64,000 nt of DNA from Sarea resinae (taxonomy: Eukaryota), in assembly GCA_026026165.1 (NCBI GenBank), contig JAPEUD010000037.1:124001-188000 (forward strand), given 5' to 3'. Position numbers and translations under genes: made by a program. Under the pieces are notes generated by a model. It saw only the letters and a program-made list of their open reading frames with translations, was not told the origin of the DNA and made no database searches. The first letter of the stretch is position 1; the number at the start of each line of letters is the position of its first letter. Of this stretch, positions 1 through 12,971 are shown piece by piece.

Positions 1-926
1 TTTCCATCCTCCGTTCGACTCCTGTGAGCCAGGAGGGGAGGGATTGATGGACCGAATGAAGCTAGAGGGGATATAAAAAGGGGAGAGAGACAAATATCAG
101 AAGTCCATGAATCGAATCAAATCAATTCACTTAGTTCGGATCTCTTTTTTTTTTTTTCCAAAGCTCGTTGTTCGCGAGTCGGAGCTTCTACCTCATAAAA
201 AAACGTTCCAATGTCATAATCATAACTCTATGAACTCTGTGCAGATGAACAGTGGTTCCGGAAACGCAGGGTAATTTTCTATAAGTCTTCCCATCGGAAA
301 TTCAGTTGTGATCTCGAAAGGTAGGAAGGAAGATCAGTGATACGTCCATCTAAACGCTAGCCCTTTGCATTGTACGAATACTTTTGGAATCACTTCTTAG
401 AGCGGCAGCATACGATTAAAGCTACTTGATGTAATCATAATAATAATCATCGTCTGGCTAAACTGTTCTTGTTGTGTACACACCTTACATGAATAATAAA
501 TATATCGCGTTCCGGAATATTTCAACATGCATTTTGATCGAAAATAGATGGAACGAGGGGAGGAAGTATGGATGGATGGATAGATAGATAGGTTTCATGA
601 TCAGGACAATATATCAAGCGGTGTTTCTTTCTATACCTACTGCCAGATCGGAGATCTCTGTGTAGTCTGTAGCAGGTAGGTGCTTTGCGAATACAGCTTG
701 AGGGTAAAGTAGTGTGATCGATCTATATGCTGGGCCTACCTATATATTTACATATATGCAGGTAGGTAGATAGGTAGATAGGGCGAGACTGACGGCCATA
801 CTGCTGAGGGGATTTGTTGGAAGATAGGGGGCTTCAGAGAGAAGGGGAAGAGAAAAGAGAAGGAGATGAAGGGAGAGATGACACTAGGGTTTTTATAGCT
901 GTTTACATACAATATGTAAGATGCTG

Positions 927-928
927 AT

Positions 929-966
<38 letters not shown>
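927..966. repeat. (TC)n(TG)n compound microsatellite
   Basis: tctctc...tgtgtg run read directly, downstream of the Sec39-like gene. Confidence 0.9.
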
Positions 967-1153
967 ACGGGGGAGGGGATGGGGAGGGGGTAAAGAGGGT
1001 ATATATTTGATTCCATTCCGACAAAGACCCGCGGCGTTGCTTAGCACTCAGCCTGAACCGGCATCGCCGAAAACCCAAGAAAGAATATACCAAAGAAAAG
1101 AAAAGAAGTTGCACAATTGCAATTCCGTGGATCCTATGCTCACATGCAACTGA

Positions 1154-4100
1154 TTATTCCCTTTGATCCATGCCTCCCTCGTGCTCCTGCTGGTGTGATT
1201 GCACAGGCGTAGCGCCCAATACCCAGCCTAGCCCGCTCGCCAACCCCCCCGTCACCATGTTCGAGACCACGTCTCTCTTCCTGACCCGGCCTCCACCCTC
1301 GGCGGCTACGAAACTGCCTGCATCGCTACCGGCACTCGCCGTACTGGCGGTTCTGTTGTGCTGCTGCTGTTGCTGCTGTGCTGTGATATCGAACCCTGGC
1401 CCCGCTCCAGTGCGCCTCGTCCCCCGTCCAGCCCCGCCTGCTCTCGTTTCCTTTGTAGAGGAGACAGCAACACCATGAAGCGGAAAGGCAGACCTGGAAA
1501 GGGCCGCGGCGGCGCCTCTAGCAACATCAAAAAGACCCATAGGCGCCTCCTCACCCTTGCTGGCATGTCCGAACTGCCGTCCACCTCGGCGCGCTAGACT
1601 GGTATAATCGTCCTCTTGAAGCATCATACCACCTCCGACGAAGCCGCCGGGGATAGCCGAGGCACGTTTCTTATTCGCGCCGCGGTCATCCCAGGAGGTC
1701 TCTTCCGCGCTTTCCTGCGCCAGGAGGACGGATAGCTCTTCTTCGCATCTGCGCCATGCTGCTAGGATCTCCGAGAGCGCGGCAGGCGGGGCAATGAGGA
1801 GCGATTGCGAGAGAAGATCCATGCGCTTCTGAAGGCGTTGTAGCGAGGCGCTTGTAGCGGTTGTGGTCGTTGCGGCGGACGTAGCGGCATGGGCTGATTT
1901 GCCTAGGCGGTGACGGCCGGCTTGGAAGGCAGCACGCCACGAGATGTCATCTTGATCGGTGGGCGGACTGGGTTGGAGCGCCTGAGAAGATGCAGGCGAG
2001 GGAGGTGTGAGACGATTCAGAACATATGAGTAAGCGGTTTCGAAGTCATCTTCGGCCAGAGCGGCCTCAATGGCCATGCCCGTAATGCGTCGTTCAGCGG
2101 CGCGGGACTGTCGTTCTTGCTCTTCGGGCGTCATGTCCATGACCTGACCGTTGTGATCGCGATTAGTAAGGCCCGCGGCAACAAAGTTACGGCCGATACT
2201 TGTGAGGTCGTCGAGTTTGGTGTAACTTTTGGGGTTCTGGTCGAGGACTTTTTCGAGGAGGAAGATAGGGTCTCGGTGAGCGCGAATGTTGACGGGCTGG
2301 AAGAGGACGCCGTGGTGGAGGGTTAGTGAGTAGAATGATAGAGCGTGAGTGGCAGAGATGAGAGCCTCCACGCGAGCGAAGGCTGGAGAAGTCGGAAAAT
2401 GGTTGCGGAAGGCTTGAAGACTGCGCACACGACGTCAGGACAATTTGTATGGCGGATATCGGGAGAACTACTCACACGTCAGATGCGCGCTTGACGCCAC
2501 CACGAGTCCGATTGCCGTTGCTCGCATTGTCGTAGAAGTTCAAAGATGCGTCCAGAACGGCTTTCTCTACATGAGCCAAGGGAAGGGGCCGTTGGGAAGC
2601 TGGCTGCTCGACGTAAGCCTCAACCGCAAGATGATAGCCTAGAAAAGTGAGCACATTGCCGATAGATTTGATCAACATTACTCCCAGAGCGGGCCGACTT
2701 ACTACTTCCATTGAGGAAAAGCTTGAGAATCTCCAGTTCGGCCGTGCCCTTCTCAACTTTTCCTAAAATGCCAGGCCCTTGTAGAGCCTGACTGCTCTCG
2801 GCGCCCTCTTGAAGCTTTTGCTCCACACCCCATCCCCAGAGCCAGAGTATATCGTCTCTAATTTGAGCCCATTCCTGATCGTCTCTTTTTGGCCTCGTCA
2901 TGATGCTACGGATTATATTCTGAAGTTCATTGGTTTGTTGTTCCTGATTGCCGAACAAATAAAGCTCAGTTACTTGTCTGAGCGAGGCCTGGTGACCGAG
3001 ACGCGCAAGGACACAGGTGGAGAATAGCAACGCCTCAAGAAGAGCGAGATTTTGCTCCGTCGGTTTAGTCAAAGGGTTGTCTGCTCGTAAGAGAGCATTC
3101 TGCAGCAAGGTCGCAGCACTTAGCTCATGCGACGCGGGGAGTTTCGAGTTCATGCTGAGCAGCCTGGTGTGACCCGACGGTAGATTTGGTGGAGGATCTA
3201 ATTGCAGAAGCTGGGATAATCGCACAAGTATGCGATGTACGCCTCGAAGAGCTTCAGCAGTTGCATCGGGATTGGCGAAACAGGCTGCCACCGCCACTTG
3301 TGCATATCGAAGCTCCAACCGCCGCTGAGTCTCTTCCTCGAGATATTCCCCACCATCGTCGTAACCACCGTAATCAACATCTCCAGGGCCATCCCAATCT
3401 TCCACTGCGCGTACTATGAGTGGAAAATCTGTCCTTGCTGCTGACAAAAGCCACTCAAATACATCTTCCCACCCACTGCCTTGTGTCAAACTTGCATCCC
3501 CTGAATCCTGGGTCTCCAGACCCGGCTCTTGATCCGCAGATGCAATAGAGGATTGAGTTTCAATCTTCCGTCTCTTCCGTCGATCGTCACCGCACATCCA
3601 TGGGCCAACCAAGCTCCTCAAATCCCTTGCAACGTGATCCGCCTGGCCTTCGTGTTTTGATTGCGATAGTAGAGCATCAACACCAGCAAGGCCTTCCAGA
3701 CGCTCGAATTCAGCTAATGCCAAAGCGGACTCCGCTTGCGGGTAGTATTCATAATTAAGACGCAGCAGCGGTAGTAGCGTGGAGATGAGCCATATGCGTA
3801 GGTAGTTGGAATGGTCGAGGAAAGGAACAAATAATTGGGGGAGAAGAGTCAGGAGTCCCGCATTCTCGTCGATGAGATAAGCGCGGTGGATCAGGAAGAG
3901 AGTGAGGCTATCGGTCGAGATGCTTGGCGGGATCGATGAGGGGGCCAGGGGAAGTAGATGTAGCTTCCGAACACGTTTACGAGCTTGAACTTCGGAAAGC
4001 TCTTTTACGGGACTGATGTCGATACCGCCAGCCGCATCATCATCGAAGTCGCCATGTACCAATTCGTTGAGGTAAGGCGTGTAGAGCTGTGGATCCGTGC

Positions 4101-4263
4101 ATTCAGGTAGAAAGCTCAGGAGGATGCGCAGAACCAGCGTGGGGTGGAGGGTTTTGGAGTGTAATGCCGTGAGGTTTCGCAGGGCAGATATGTTGGAGTC
4201 TGATGCTAAATGAACAGCCAGCAAGACACAATGAGCTGGTGAGATATTCGCTGGATCAGCCAT
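1154..4263 (-). CDS. SEC39: Sec39-domain secretory pathway (Dsl1 complex) protein; exons ~4263-2703, 2638-2476, 2420-1154
   Basis: Three ORF segments joined by GT-AG introns; motifs 'FYDNASNGNRTRGGVKRASD', 'ATHALSFYSLTL', 'ALAEDDFETAYSYV', 'RRCEEEL' resemble filamentous-fungal Sec39 proteins. Confidence 0.75.
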
Positions 4264-4710
4264 GGCTGGTATCCGGTCTGCTGTTGCTTGCTCTCGCGGT
4301 GACGATGCTGCTTCAGCTACTTCCCATATGGGGATTTGTTGTTTCGAGTTGACAGCTACTTTGGTGTCTATGACCCCCCGTACCCTTATCGTAACAAAAT
4401 TGCTCGATCTAAAGTGAACTGAGATTCTTCTATTGATCCGAACTGTCTTGCCTCTCTTGCAATGAAAATATAGATATAAAAATTCTCAAATATATTCAAT
4501 TGTTTTCTAATCACCAGTGATGCCTTGCTATCAATCTGTCCGGAGTTGTGTGTGATGGAACAATTGATGCCGGGCCATGTAATCCTTTTTCCCTAGAACC
4601 CCCACCATACCAGTAGACACATATTCAGAAGCACAATACCCATAATCATTCCAGCCTTTTCCCGATTTTCAATCCAATCATCAAAACTATGCCAGCAACA
4701 AGGCTGCACC

Positions 4711-7534
4711 CTACAACTCTCCAGCCCCGCTCTCCGCGTCGACTCTCAGTGACGTATCGACATCGACATCGACATGTGAGTCTTTCTCGTCCAAAAAGCT
4801 CAAACCCTCCATAGCCTTACCGCCACACGCTCGTTCCAGCGTCAGGAAGGCGAAGTGGCCCCCAATAACGGGACGAGCGAAGAAGTTCGGGCCGGGAAAG
4901 CCACCGTCACCTTCAGTATTGTAGAGATCCGTGAATGGGCGATCTGGATGACTCTAAATAAGCAAGAGCAGAGAATGAAAGGGATAGTGCATACCGGTAA
5001 CTGTTTCGTTGATCCAAAGAGCCACGCCAGCCAAGATTTCTTCTCTGACTTTCTTGCTCGTAACAGCTGCGGCAAAAAATTCCCAGTCGCTCTTGGTATA
5101 CAAATGCCTGTTGTCGAGAGGAAGCCCATAGCGTTGATTGACAGCGTGGTACCAGTCGCTTTGAACCTTGTAGATGTGATTAGGAATAAAGCTGGTTTCA
5201 GTGCTGTTGCTGGGGTCGCCGTGCTTCAACGGCTTCTGGCCTTCCAAAGTCGATGCGGCGGGACCGTTGTGCGAGGATGGAAGGTGGAAGCAAAGCAGCG
5301 AATCGGCAAAGAGGTTGTAAAGGGTCGTCCAGGAACCATACCAATCGTAAGCTAATTTGGCGTGGGTGCCGTCTCGAGACATGCCGAACTCTTCCCATTT
5401 CTTGATGTAGACTTCGGAGATGTTCTGAAAGAATCGTAAGCCGACGCAAGCCAGCCTCAATGATAAGATGTTACCTTGTAATACTCTACATCTTCCGGTA
5501 TACCAGCAACATCGGCAATTTCACTCATAGCTTTGATACCGATTATGCCTTTGAGAGCAAGGTTTGTCTGCAAAGCCAGCCAGCCAGCAAAGTCATCGGT
5601 CGACACTAGAAGCTGTTAGACTTTCTCATACAAAAAGAAGGGGGGCGTGAACCGACATTGGTTTTGTGGCTCTAATGTAAATTCTACGAGATAGCCTGTC
5701 CACTGTTTCCATAACTTGTAGCTTCTCTGGACCCATTTCTTGGCCTGTTTTTCGCCGTTCGTTTCCCCTCCCCACTTGTTGTCGAGGCCAAAGATGCTAT
5801 CTCGAACCTCAAGGGTACCAAGGGCAAAGGGACTGCCTTCAGCAGCTTCATCAAAGTCCCCACCTCCCTGGCTAGACCATATTGAGCCAGCAGAGCTCTC
5901 AGTTTCGTACCTCAAGGAGTTGACGAGAGCAAGACCCATGATGAGAATATCACCACATTCTTCGACAGGCATGTATTCGTCGTTTCCATCTGCATGGCCG
6001 GTGGCGTTGGGGAAATGATAACCCAGATCGTGCATGGCGTATTTGTTGGGGTACTGGCCACTCAAGATGTGCTCAATCAGTGGTTCGAGAAGGTAAGCTA
6101 GCCATCGAGGATTCGTATAGAGGAAGAATGGGAAAGCCGGGAAAATGACATCGATGGTCTGGAAGTTCCCGTTTGACGATATCTCCTTGAGGAAGAGTAT
6201 GGGATTCTCGGGAGTGCCAGAGAAGCTTGTGGCGCCAATGGTTTGGCGTGCGGAAAGGGCGACGATATCTACGTAGTCATCCGAGCCAGATTTATAGGCA
6301 TCCGCAGCAAGCTGTGCTGAGTAGTTGCCCGCAAGTTTGGTAGCAGTTTCAACATCCAGGTAATGGAACATCAGCAAGGCTTCAGTCGAGAAGAACCAGG
6401 ATGCCCAAAGCGGTCTCATGAATGTCAAACCTCGAGCTGAGGCGAACTGCACGACCGGATCTTGGATATGTGCAATTGTGAATAGGACGCTGTCGCTGGT
6501 CTTTTCACTGGAGTTGAGATGGAATGATTTGGAAAAGGCAAAGACCGGCTCGTCTTCCATGATTCCGCGAAATGAGTTGTCCACCTCGTTTTGGAGCGTA
6601 CCGGTCCTGGAAAAGCGCTGTCTCAAGAGAGCAGAAGTACCAGACTCGTGTCGAACGTCCTTGAAGAGTCAGCACCCCCGATATCTCAGCTTTGATGGCT
6701 TTGTACACTTACCAACGGTGCAGTGAAATGCAATGTCCCCCACTCCGCTTGATCAGCCCATTCCGTCAACAATTGCTCAGTCTCCCTTTTCACCTTCCAG
6801 GTCTTTAATCCTTTCTTGTCGTCCCCAAGAGCTGACTCTGACAACTCCCAGGTAATTCGGTTGTCCCGGTTGCCACTGACCCATTGTCCATTGACGTCGA
6901 TGTATACATCAACGTCAAAGCCTCCGTACACATAAACGCTAATGTAAGACGCAGGGATTGATTGTCTTAAGGTCGATGTTGGGGTGATCGGTGACAAGAA
7001 AGAGAGGACAATCTCGAGTGGCTCGAGTCCGGAGCTTTTCGCCGGGGGAGGAATTCGGTAGGTGAGATTGGTGACGGAAGCATCGTATTTGGCACCAACG
7101 TACGTTGGATAAGATAGATTATAGCTATGCACCGTGAGCTTCTTCATAGGTCGTCAGGTTGGAAACCTATATACCCTTCACTTTTCCCCGGTGGCTGGAG
7201 CGAGTCCTGAGGTCTACCCAACAACGGATAGACCTTTTCTGTTTCTGGGACTGCGGCTAATACGGAGAATCCAATCTAAGTGATTTAATGGGAGTTAGAG
7301 ATGGCCAAGGTTACATAGCAGCGGTCGTAGCTCAAAAGAAAGGGTGGCTACCTCCTGTCCGGTCCAAAACATCGGCCATTTGCTCCACGGCGGCTCTCTG
7401 GCATCATTGAGCCAAGTGCTCAAATACGGATTGCGGACAATCAGTGGAAGCACTGGTGGGGTGAGCGTCGAGGCCTCAACGGTGCTTGCCAGAAGCGCCG
7501 AGGCAGCAACAGCCGCATGTACGAGCCAGCGCAT
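4711..7534 (-). CDS. gtaA: Secreted glutaminase A (GtaA-like), multi-exon
   Basis: Signal peptide then 'PPVLPLIVRNPYLSTW', 'LFLKEISSNGNFQTIDV', 'EYMPVEECG', 'YGLPLDNRHLYTKSDWE'; final exon 'DRPFTDLY...FFARPVIGGHF' ending at TAG 4711-4713. Confidence 0.88.
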
Positions 7535-8265
7535 ATCGGCGATATGATTGATTGAAAAGCTCTATCTCCTCTCTAATTGCAGAGATGGAGTGGTATAGGA
7601 AAGGTGCAAAATATCACGGGAGCACATACGAGTCCCACCTACAGAGTGAGTCGTGACCGGCGGGTATGCGTATGCGTATGCGTACCTGGCTGGGGATTGG
7701 CAGGAACAAGCGGCTACGTAAGGTACCTCGCAATAGGTCGGATTAGGAGCTTTCCCCACACTCGAGCTCCCATTATGGTCAATCCATTACGCCTTGAGAG
7801 GTACGAGCCCAATGGCGGGGCTTACTCGACGAGTAGGTACTGTGACCTTGAAGACACGAAGGTTTACCCGCTAGAGCTGCTGTACGAAGTACACGTTACC
7901 TCGTACTCAGCAGTCGAGGTCCACTCTATCATGCACCGAAGTCTCAGGTACGGAGTACTCGCCCGAACAATTTCTCCATTGAGTCTCACATCTGCTTGGA
8001 ATACTCCTTATACGACAAGAGAAAGACGCAGTAGACATGGGAATACTCCGATACTGTCGAGCACATTAGATGCTACTTAAGGTACCTAGGTAAGTGAAAG
8101 AGTTAGCAGAGCTAATTCAAGTACTAACTTACTCCAGGTACTATGATCAATCGCCCTACGCATTTCTACTCGACAATTTTCGCTCACGCTTTGTTAAAAA
8201 TCTACGTGATCACAGTTCTTGAATGAGAAACTGAGATATGTGGATGAGTATCCCAAAAATTCAGC

Positions 8266-8271
8266 AAAAAA
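8266..8271 (-). terminator. Pol III oligo-T terminator of tRNA-Glu
   Basis: TTTTTT on the minus strand just 3' of the discriminator base. Confidence 0.8.
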
Positions 8272-8275
8272 GATG

Positions 8276-8407
8276 TTCGGATACCGGGAATCGAACCCGG
8301 ATCTGCCCGGAGCTATTGTATGAAAGCGGGCTGGAACTTGTTAGTTATGCGACCGAAGGCGTTGGAGGAGGAAGAAGTACCGATGCTAACCGTTACACCA
8401 TATCCGA
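8276..8407 (-). tRNA. tRNA-Glu(TTC) with two introns: 50-nt GT-AG insertion (8380-8331, between positions 27/28) and 10-nt canonical intron (8320-8311, positions 37/38)
   Basis: Acceptor TCGGATA/TATCCGA, D-arm GTGT-AACGGTTA-GCAT, anticodon stem GCCCG/CGGGC after removing both inserts, loop CT-TTC-A-C, T-arm CCGGG-TTCGATT-CCCGG, T6 run 5 nt downstream. Confidence 0.92.
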
Positions 8408-8437
8408 TTGTTGTTGAGAAATCTGCTCTGATCTTCC

Positions 8438-9700
8438 TTATATATCGTCTTCCTTGAGCTCTCGTCCTTGCGAAAGAAATGAGGATCGCGAGATCCTCCT
8501 TATTGGACTAAGCTCTTCCTTGTCAGTACTACTGCAATACGGTACTCGGACTGGTTCGAGCTCGGCGACGCTTCCCCTCTGAACAATAACGATGCCATTC
8601 GACTCCGGCTCCGCCACCAACTCTGCAATGGCCGCGTAGTCATCTCGTCTGGCTTGATTACCTCTCTAGATCCCGGGTCTTCTATGCTGTCCTTCTCGAT
8701 GCCAAGTCTCTCCTTTAATATTTTGATTGCACCCCTTCTCTAGAGGCTTAGCCCCTGATTCCCCACCTTGCATTTGTTGTTGCTCTTCGGCTTGATGGCT
8801 TGCCTCTTTCCATCCGCATGATCAAATGCGGCATATCACGCTGGGATCCGAATTCTGAATATTTCCTTTCCCCGAAATTCAGATAAGAATGCCTCGAATG
8901 TCGACTTCGTCAGCCCTACGGGCCCCAGTCGGAACAATATTTTCGTTGTTTGCCCAAGTTTGAGACGACACGATCGATTGGTTCCTATTGGCACGACGAT
9001 CTGACACCCGTTCAGCTTCTCCCGCACATACAGGCCGCTCCATCTCACGTACGTGGGTATCCATGATGGCGACACTGACTCCATTCCTTCCGGCTTTAAT
9101 AATGCTCCATTTAACGCCTGCTCCCCCCAACCCTGGCTAGGTCACTATGGTTTTGCATTCACTTCCAGCGAGGCGGTAATTCGCTTGTCGAATTGCCCTA
9201 GCTTTCTCTGAATTGGCCGTAGCCCATTTCCTTACATGTTCCGAGGATAAGCCTGAAGCTTTACCCCCTAAAGACGATGGCCCCTGGGGAAATGTTATTT
9301 GGGCTTCGAATCCTGTAGCCTGACACAGACCCTTCTATCCTTGGGGCTGATCCCATTGCTTTGCTTTGGCTAACTCCCAGTATCGGGCGTTCATATATGG
9401 CGCGTATAGTTCCGCTCCAAGGCAGAGCAAGCCCTCCATAAGGTAAACGAGAGGAGAAGCCGGTATTTCTCTTTCCTTGCTGCTAGTATGTAGTATTCAT
9501 CTTCTCATCAAGCTCAGACAGCTGTTCCCGATCCCTATTTCTACCATCGGACGTCTCGGGACCGGTATCCGGCAAGTCTTACCCGGTGCCTTATAATTCG
9601 AAATATCGTGCATCACAGATCTCGAAATGTCGTGTTAGCTTCATAGTAGACCCTGTTGTGTATATTCATTTATTAATGAAGGGGCGCGCGAACCCCTATA
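8438..9700 (-). pseudogene. Degenerate coding relic, possibly a distant member of the GIY-YIG-associated family found at 24-32 kb
   Basis: Stop-interrupted frames, e.g. 'VYLMEGLLCLGAELY...WDQPQG*KGLCQATGFE...VRKWATANSEKARAIRQ', loosely like 'CLLAEAIYTSWLGA...WRGACTHSPLAE' plus a basic tail. Confidence 0.3.
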
Positions 9701-10251
9701 GCGTCTTTGAATCCAAGATTTGCGGAGCCAAAGATAGCAGTTCTACCTCAGAACAGAGTCTTCCTGCCAGACTTATTCGTTGGCCCTCTTGACGGACATC
9801 CCTAGTGCTTCTACTACTTAGTCTGTCCATTCGTGTATGAAATCTCCCTAGTAGGGGCCAGTGTCTATTTAGTTGAGCGGCAATCGTCTTTTCAAATACT
9901 TAGAGCATCCCAGGCATCGATATCGGTAGATAGACAGCAATCGGTATTTTCAAGCATCAGGCCGGTGCTGAATCGTTGTGTTTTGGTAATTCGATCTAGT
10001 CCGTCGTACACTGTCTCTACGGTGTCTAAATTTAGAAGCCAGGGTGATGGGAAGGGTTGGTCACGAGACAATAGAAGAGAGGGCACATGCCGGGTTATCA
10101 ATATGATTGTTTGAAATATTTTAAACACAATGGCTATCGCTAAAATGCTATGAAGAATCGCTCAATATGTGCCTTCAGATACCTTCCAGGTGTACTGCTC
10201 GATTTCCCCCTGCCAAGTCCAGGAAAAGACATATCCACAGAACAGCAAGAT

Positions 10252-12239
10252 TTATACAGCACCAGCGACATCTGCATCATTTTCCCATCCGTCCCAACTA
10301 GGCCCGTCAAAGCCATTGGGCCGGCTACTTCTTGAAAATCCCACGTCAAAGCCCTCGATGCTGACGGGCGATCGGACGTATTTGAGCCTCGCATCAAAAC
10401 CCCGACTGTAGCACTCGTGAAAGACTTTTTCGCCAAAGAGTTCGGGATGTGCACGCTTCATGCTATTCAAGGCGCGCTTGCCGACCTCGTCGACACTGTC
10501 GTTGTGACGAAGACCAAAGAAAGAGGCGTCGTGTTCCGAGCGCTGTTGTTCTTGGATGGATGGCGGGTAGAGGCCAAGTTGGAGGAGGTAGATGTCGTAT
10601 TGGGAGAGGGAGACTTTTCCGTAGTAGGAGCCGCCGTATTTTGCTCGGCGGAAGAGACCTGTCAAGGCAGCAATGGCGCCCATGCAGCCGGTGCTTCATG
10701 CAGATATGAGCATCGCAGCTTTTGATTTCAAGAATAAAGGAGCCTTACCCATAGTCACTCATAGGGAAGGGAGGCACAACCGGCTCGTTGAGCCCCATGA
10801 ATTTCCCTTGCGCCCAAGCTACCCCTGTTACGCAATCGGCAATCTGTTGCCAGCCAGGTCGTCCAGCCCACTCTCCCACATGCCCAAAGCAGTCCTCGGC
10901 GACATAGACTATGCCTTTACCTCTGTGCTTGGTAAGCTCGATGATCTGCTGGGGGCCGTATCCCAGGCGTTCCAGAGCGCCCGGCCGATAACCATCGAGA
11001 ATGACGTCGGTTTCTTGTAATAGGCCCTCGAACACTTTACGGTCGGCGGGATCCTTGAGATTGAGGTCTGTGGTGTGCTTGCCGATATTTCTAGGAGATG
11101 GTTAGCATTATAATGCCGACTCGCGCCTTTGTGCTTGAACGGTTGGAGATACTAATGGATGCAAGGAGACAATTTGATCTTATTTTGATGTGCTTTGGAA
11201 TCACTCACCCATCGACTTGAAAGAATGGGACGTCACTTAGATTCGGTGACGTAATTTTCATCACGTCGGCACCATATTCTGCCAGAGTGCGGCCGATAGC
11301 TGGACCGGCTATGATCCTACATAACTCCAGGACCTTGATACCCGCTAGGATCTCTGGTTTTGAGCTTGGATGTGTTGCATTTGGAAAGGGAGCCGGAGGG
11401 GAGGAAGTTTCCAAGTCGTCGACCCTCCATGGTGGCTCTCGTATCAAAGCTTGCCCCTGACAGATGTCAACATCTAATTCTGCTCGATCGTAGCATCTGA
11501 CCCACATGATTCGTCTCCTGGAATTGTTCCCACGTTAGACATGTCACACCGGCCTGTCTTCTCTCAGCATTCATCTTCTCTAGCTCCCCCGCCGAAAATT
11601 GCTTGACATGCTTCTCTATGAGCTTGATGCATTCATGATAGTCGGTCATGTCAGGTCGATGCCCCTCGAGCCCGACCATGTTCAGGGCTGTAGTAGCTTC
11701 GAGCGATCCATGAAGATGGAAGAATTCGCCGGGATTTCTCGTCTCGTACAGATTTGCCGATAGTCTTCGATACAGTATGGATTGTGCTTTTAACAAATCG
11801 GTATCTACTCAGGTCAGCAATCTTGCCAACAACGCCCAATACCAGTGTGTAGAGAACCTTTTAATAACACTTTGACCTCGGGGTCCGCTTTCCCTAGGCC
11901 ATTGAGAGTGCTAACATATGCAGAAAACAAAAATACAGTTGCCAATTCCGCATCCACGGTGATCCTTCTCGGCTTGACCTGATACCTTAGATCTGCAATG
12001 GCTGCGGCGGCACATGCTTCTAGCGATTTCAGAGCCACGGCCGCTTCTGTCTCCTTGAAGGGACATGGGAGGTAGACCTTGCTGTTGGCGTTGGCGGACG
12101 AGAAGCTCAGCTGCGCAACCTGACTCCGAATTTCCTGGGGTATCTGATCCCCCGCCAATCGCAATGCCTGGTCGATGGCCTGCCGGGCCCCGTCCAGGAC
12201 CGAATAATTGCTCGTTTCATCCGGGGTTACAATGGTCAT
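10252..12239 (-). CDS. CoA-transferase family III (CaiB/BaiF) protein, multi-exon
   Basis: 'GIKVLELCRIIAGPAIGRTLAEYGADV', 'DVILDGYRPGALERLGYG', 'RPGWQQIADCVTG', 'PPFPMSDYG'; ORF pieces separated by GT-AG introns. Confidence 0.9.
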
Positions 12240-12923
12240 GTTGGCGGAGGTTCCTCGTCTGCCACAAGCGACTCATGCTGATATCGATACTGGGGCAGTT
12301 GCAGGTTTATATTGATCCCTACGACGGAGCTATCATTCTCAATCTGATCGGCCTTGGTTGTCAACGGCTTGGTAGGCTTGCTCGAATCGGATAGTGGATA
12401 CCACCGACTCGCACTGAATCGAGGGCCCTGACCGGCACGGCAGCTTAAGGCTGACGGGGGATACCGTTGGCGGCGGATAGAACAGCCCGATGACATGCGG
12501 GTGCGGCTTCCGACCGCCGCCCGTCGCTCTGCTGCCATTGCGTGTGTATCGTCGTCTACTTTGCAAGCCTGGAGACGTTTAGGGAGCGTTTGGCGATGGA
12601 CTAGATAGTACTATGTAGAGCTTGGTGTGATTGGGGCCCATGGCATGTACCACTGGCCGACAATCGCAACAACCATCGATCGCTATCCGCGCACGACATG
12701 GCGGCGAAGACGAAACGACGGGCAGCCATGTCTATGCGGGGAAGCGGGATCGACGTGGGCGCAAGGCCAATGACAACCAGCTTGCGTGAAGGCTTGACCA
12801 CCACCCCATCTCCTGTGACCTCAGCTTCGATGTTGGCGTGTTGGCGTGTTGGAGGTCAGGTCCTTGCTAGTGGCCCCGTAAATGAATGAATATCAACACC
12901 GGTTCCCGTCGCACACCCTTCCG

Positions 12924-12924
12924 G

Positions 12925-12969
<45 letters not shown>
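12924..12969. repeat. (TGC)n/(CAG)n trinucleotide microsatellite in divergent promoter
   Basis: ~15 tgc units read directly. Confidence 0.9.
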
Positions 12970-12971
<2 letters not shown>

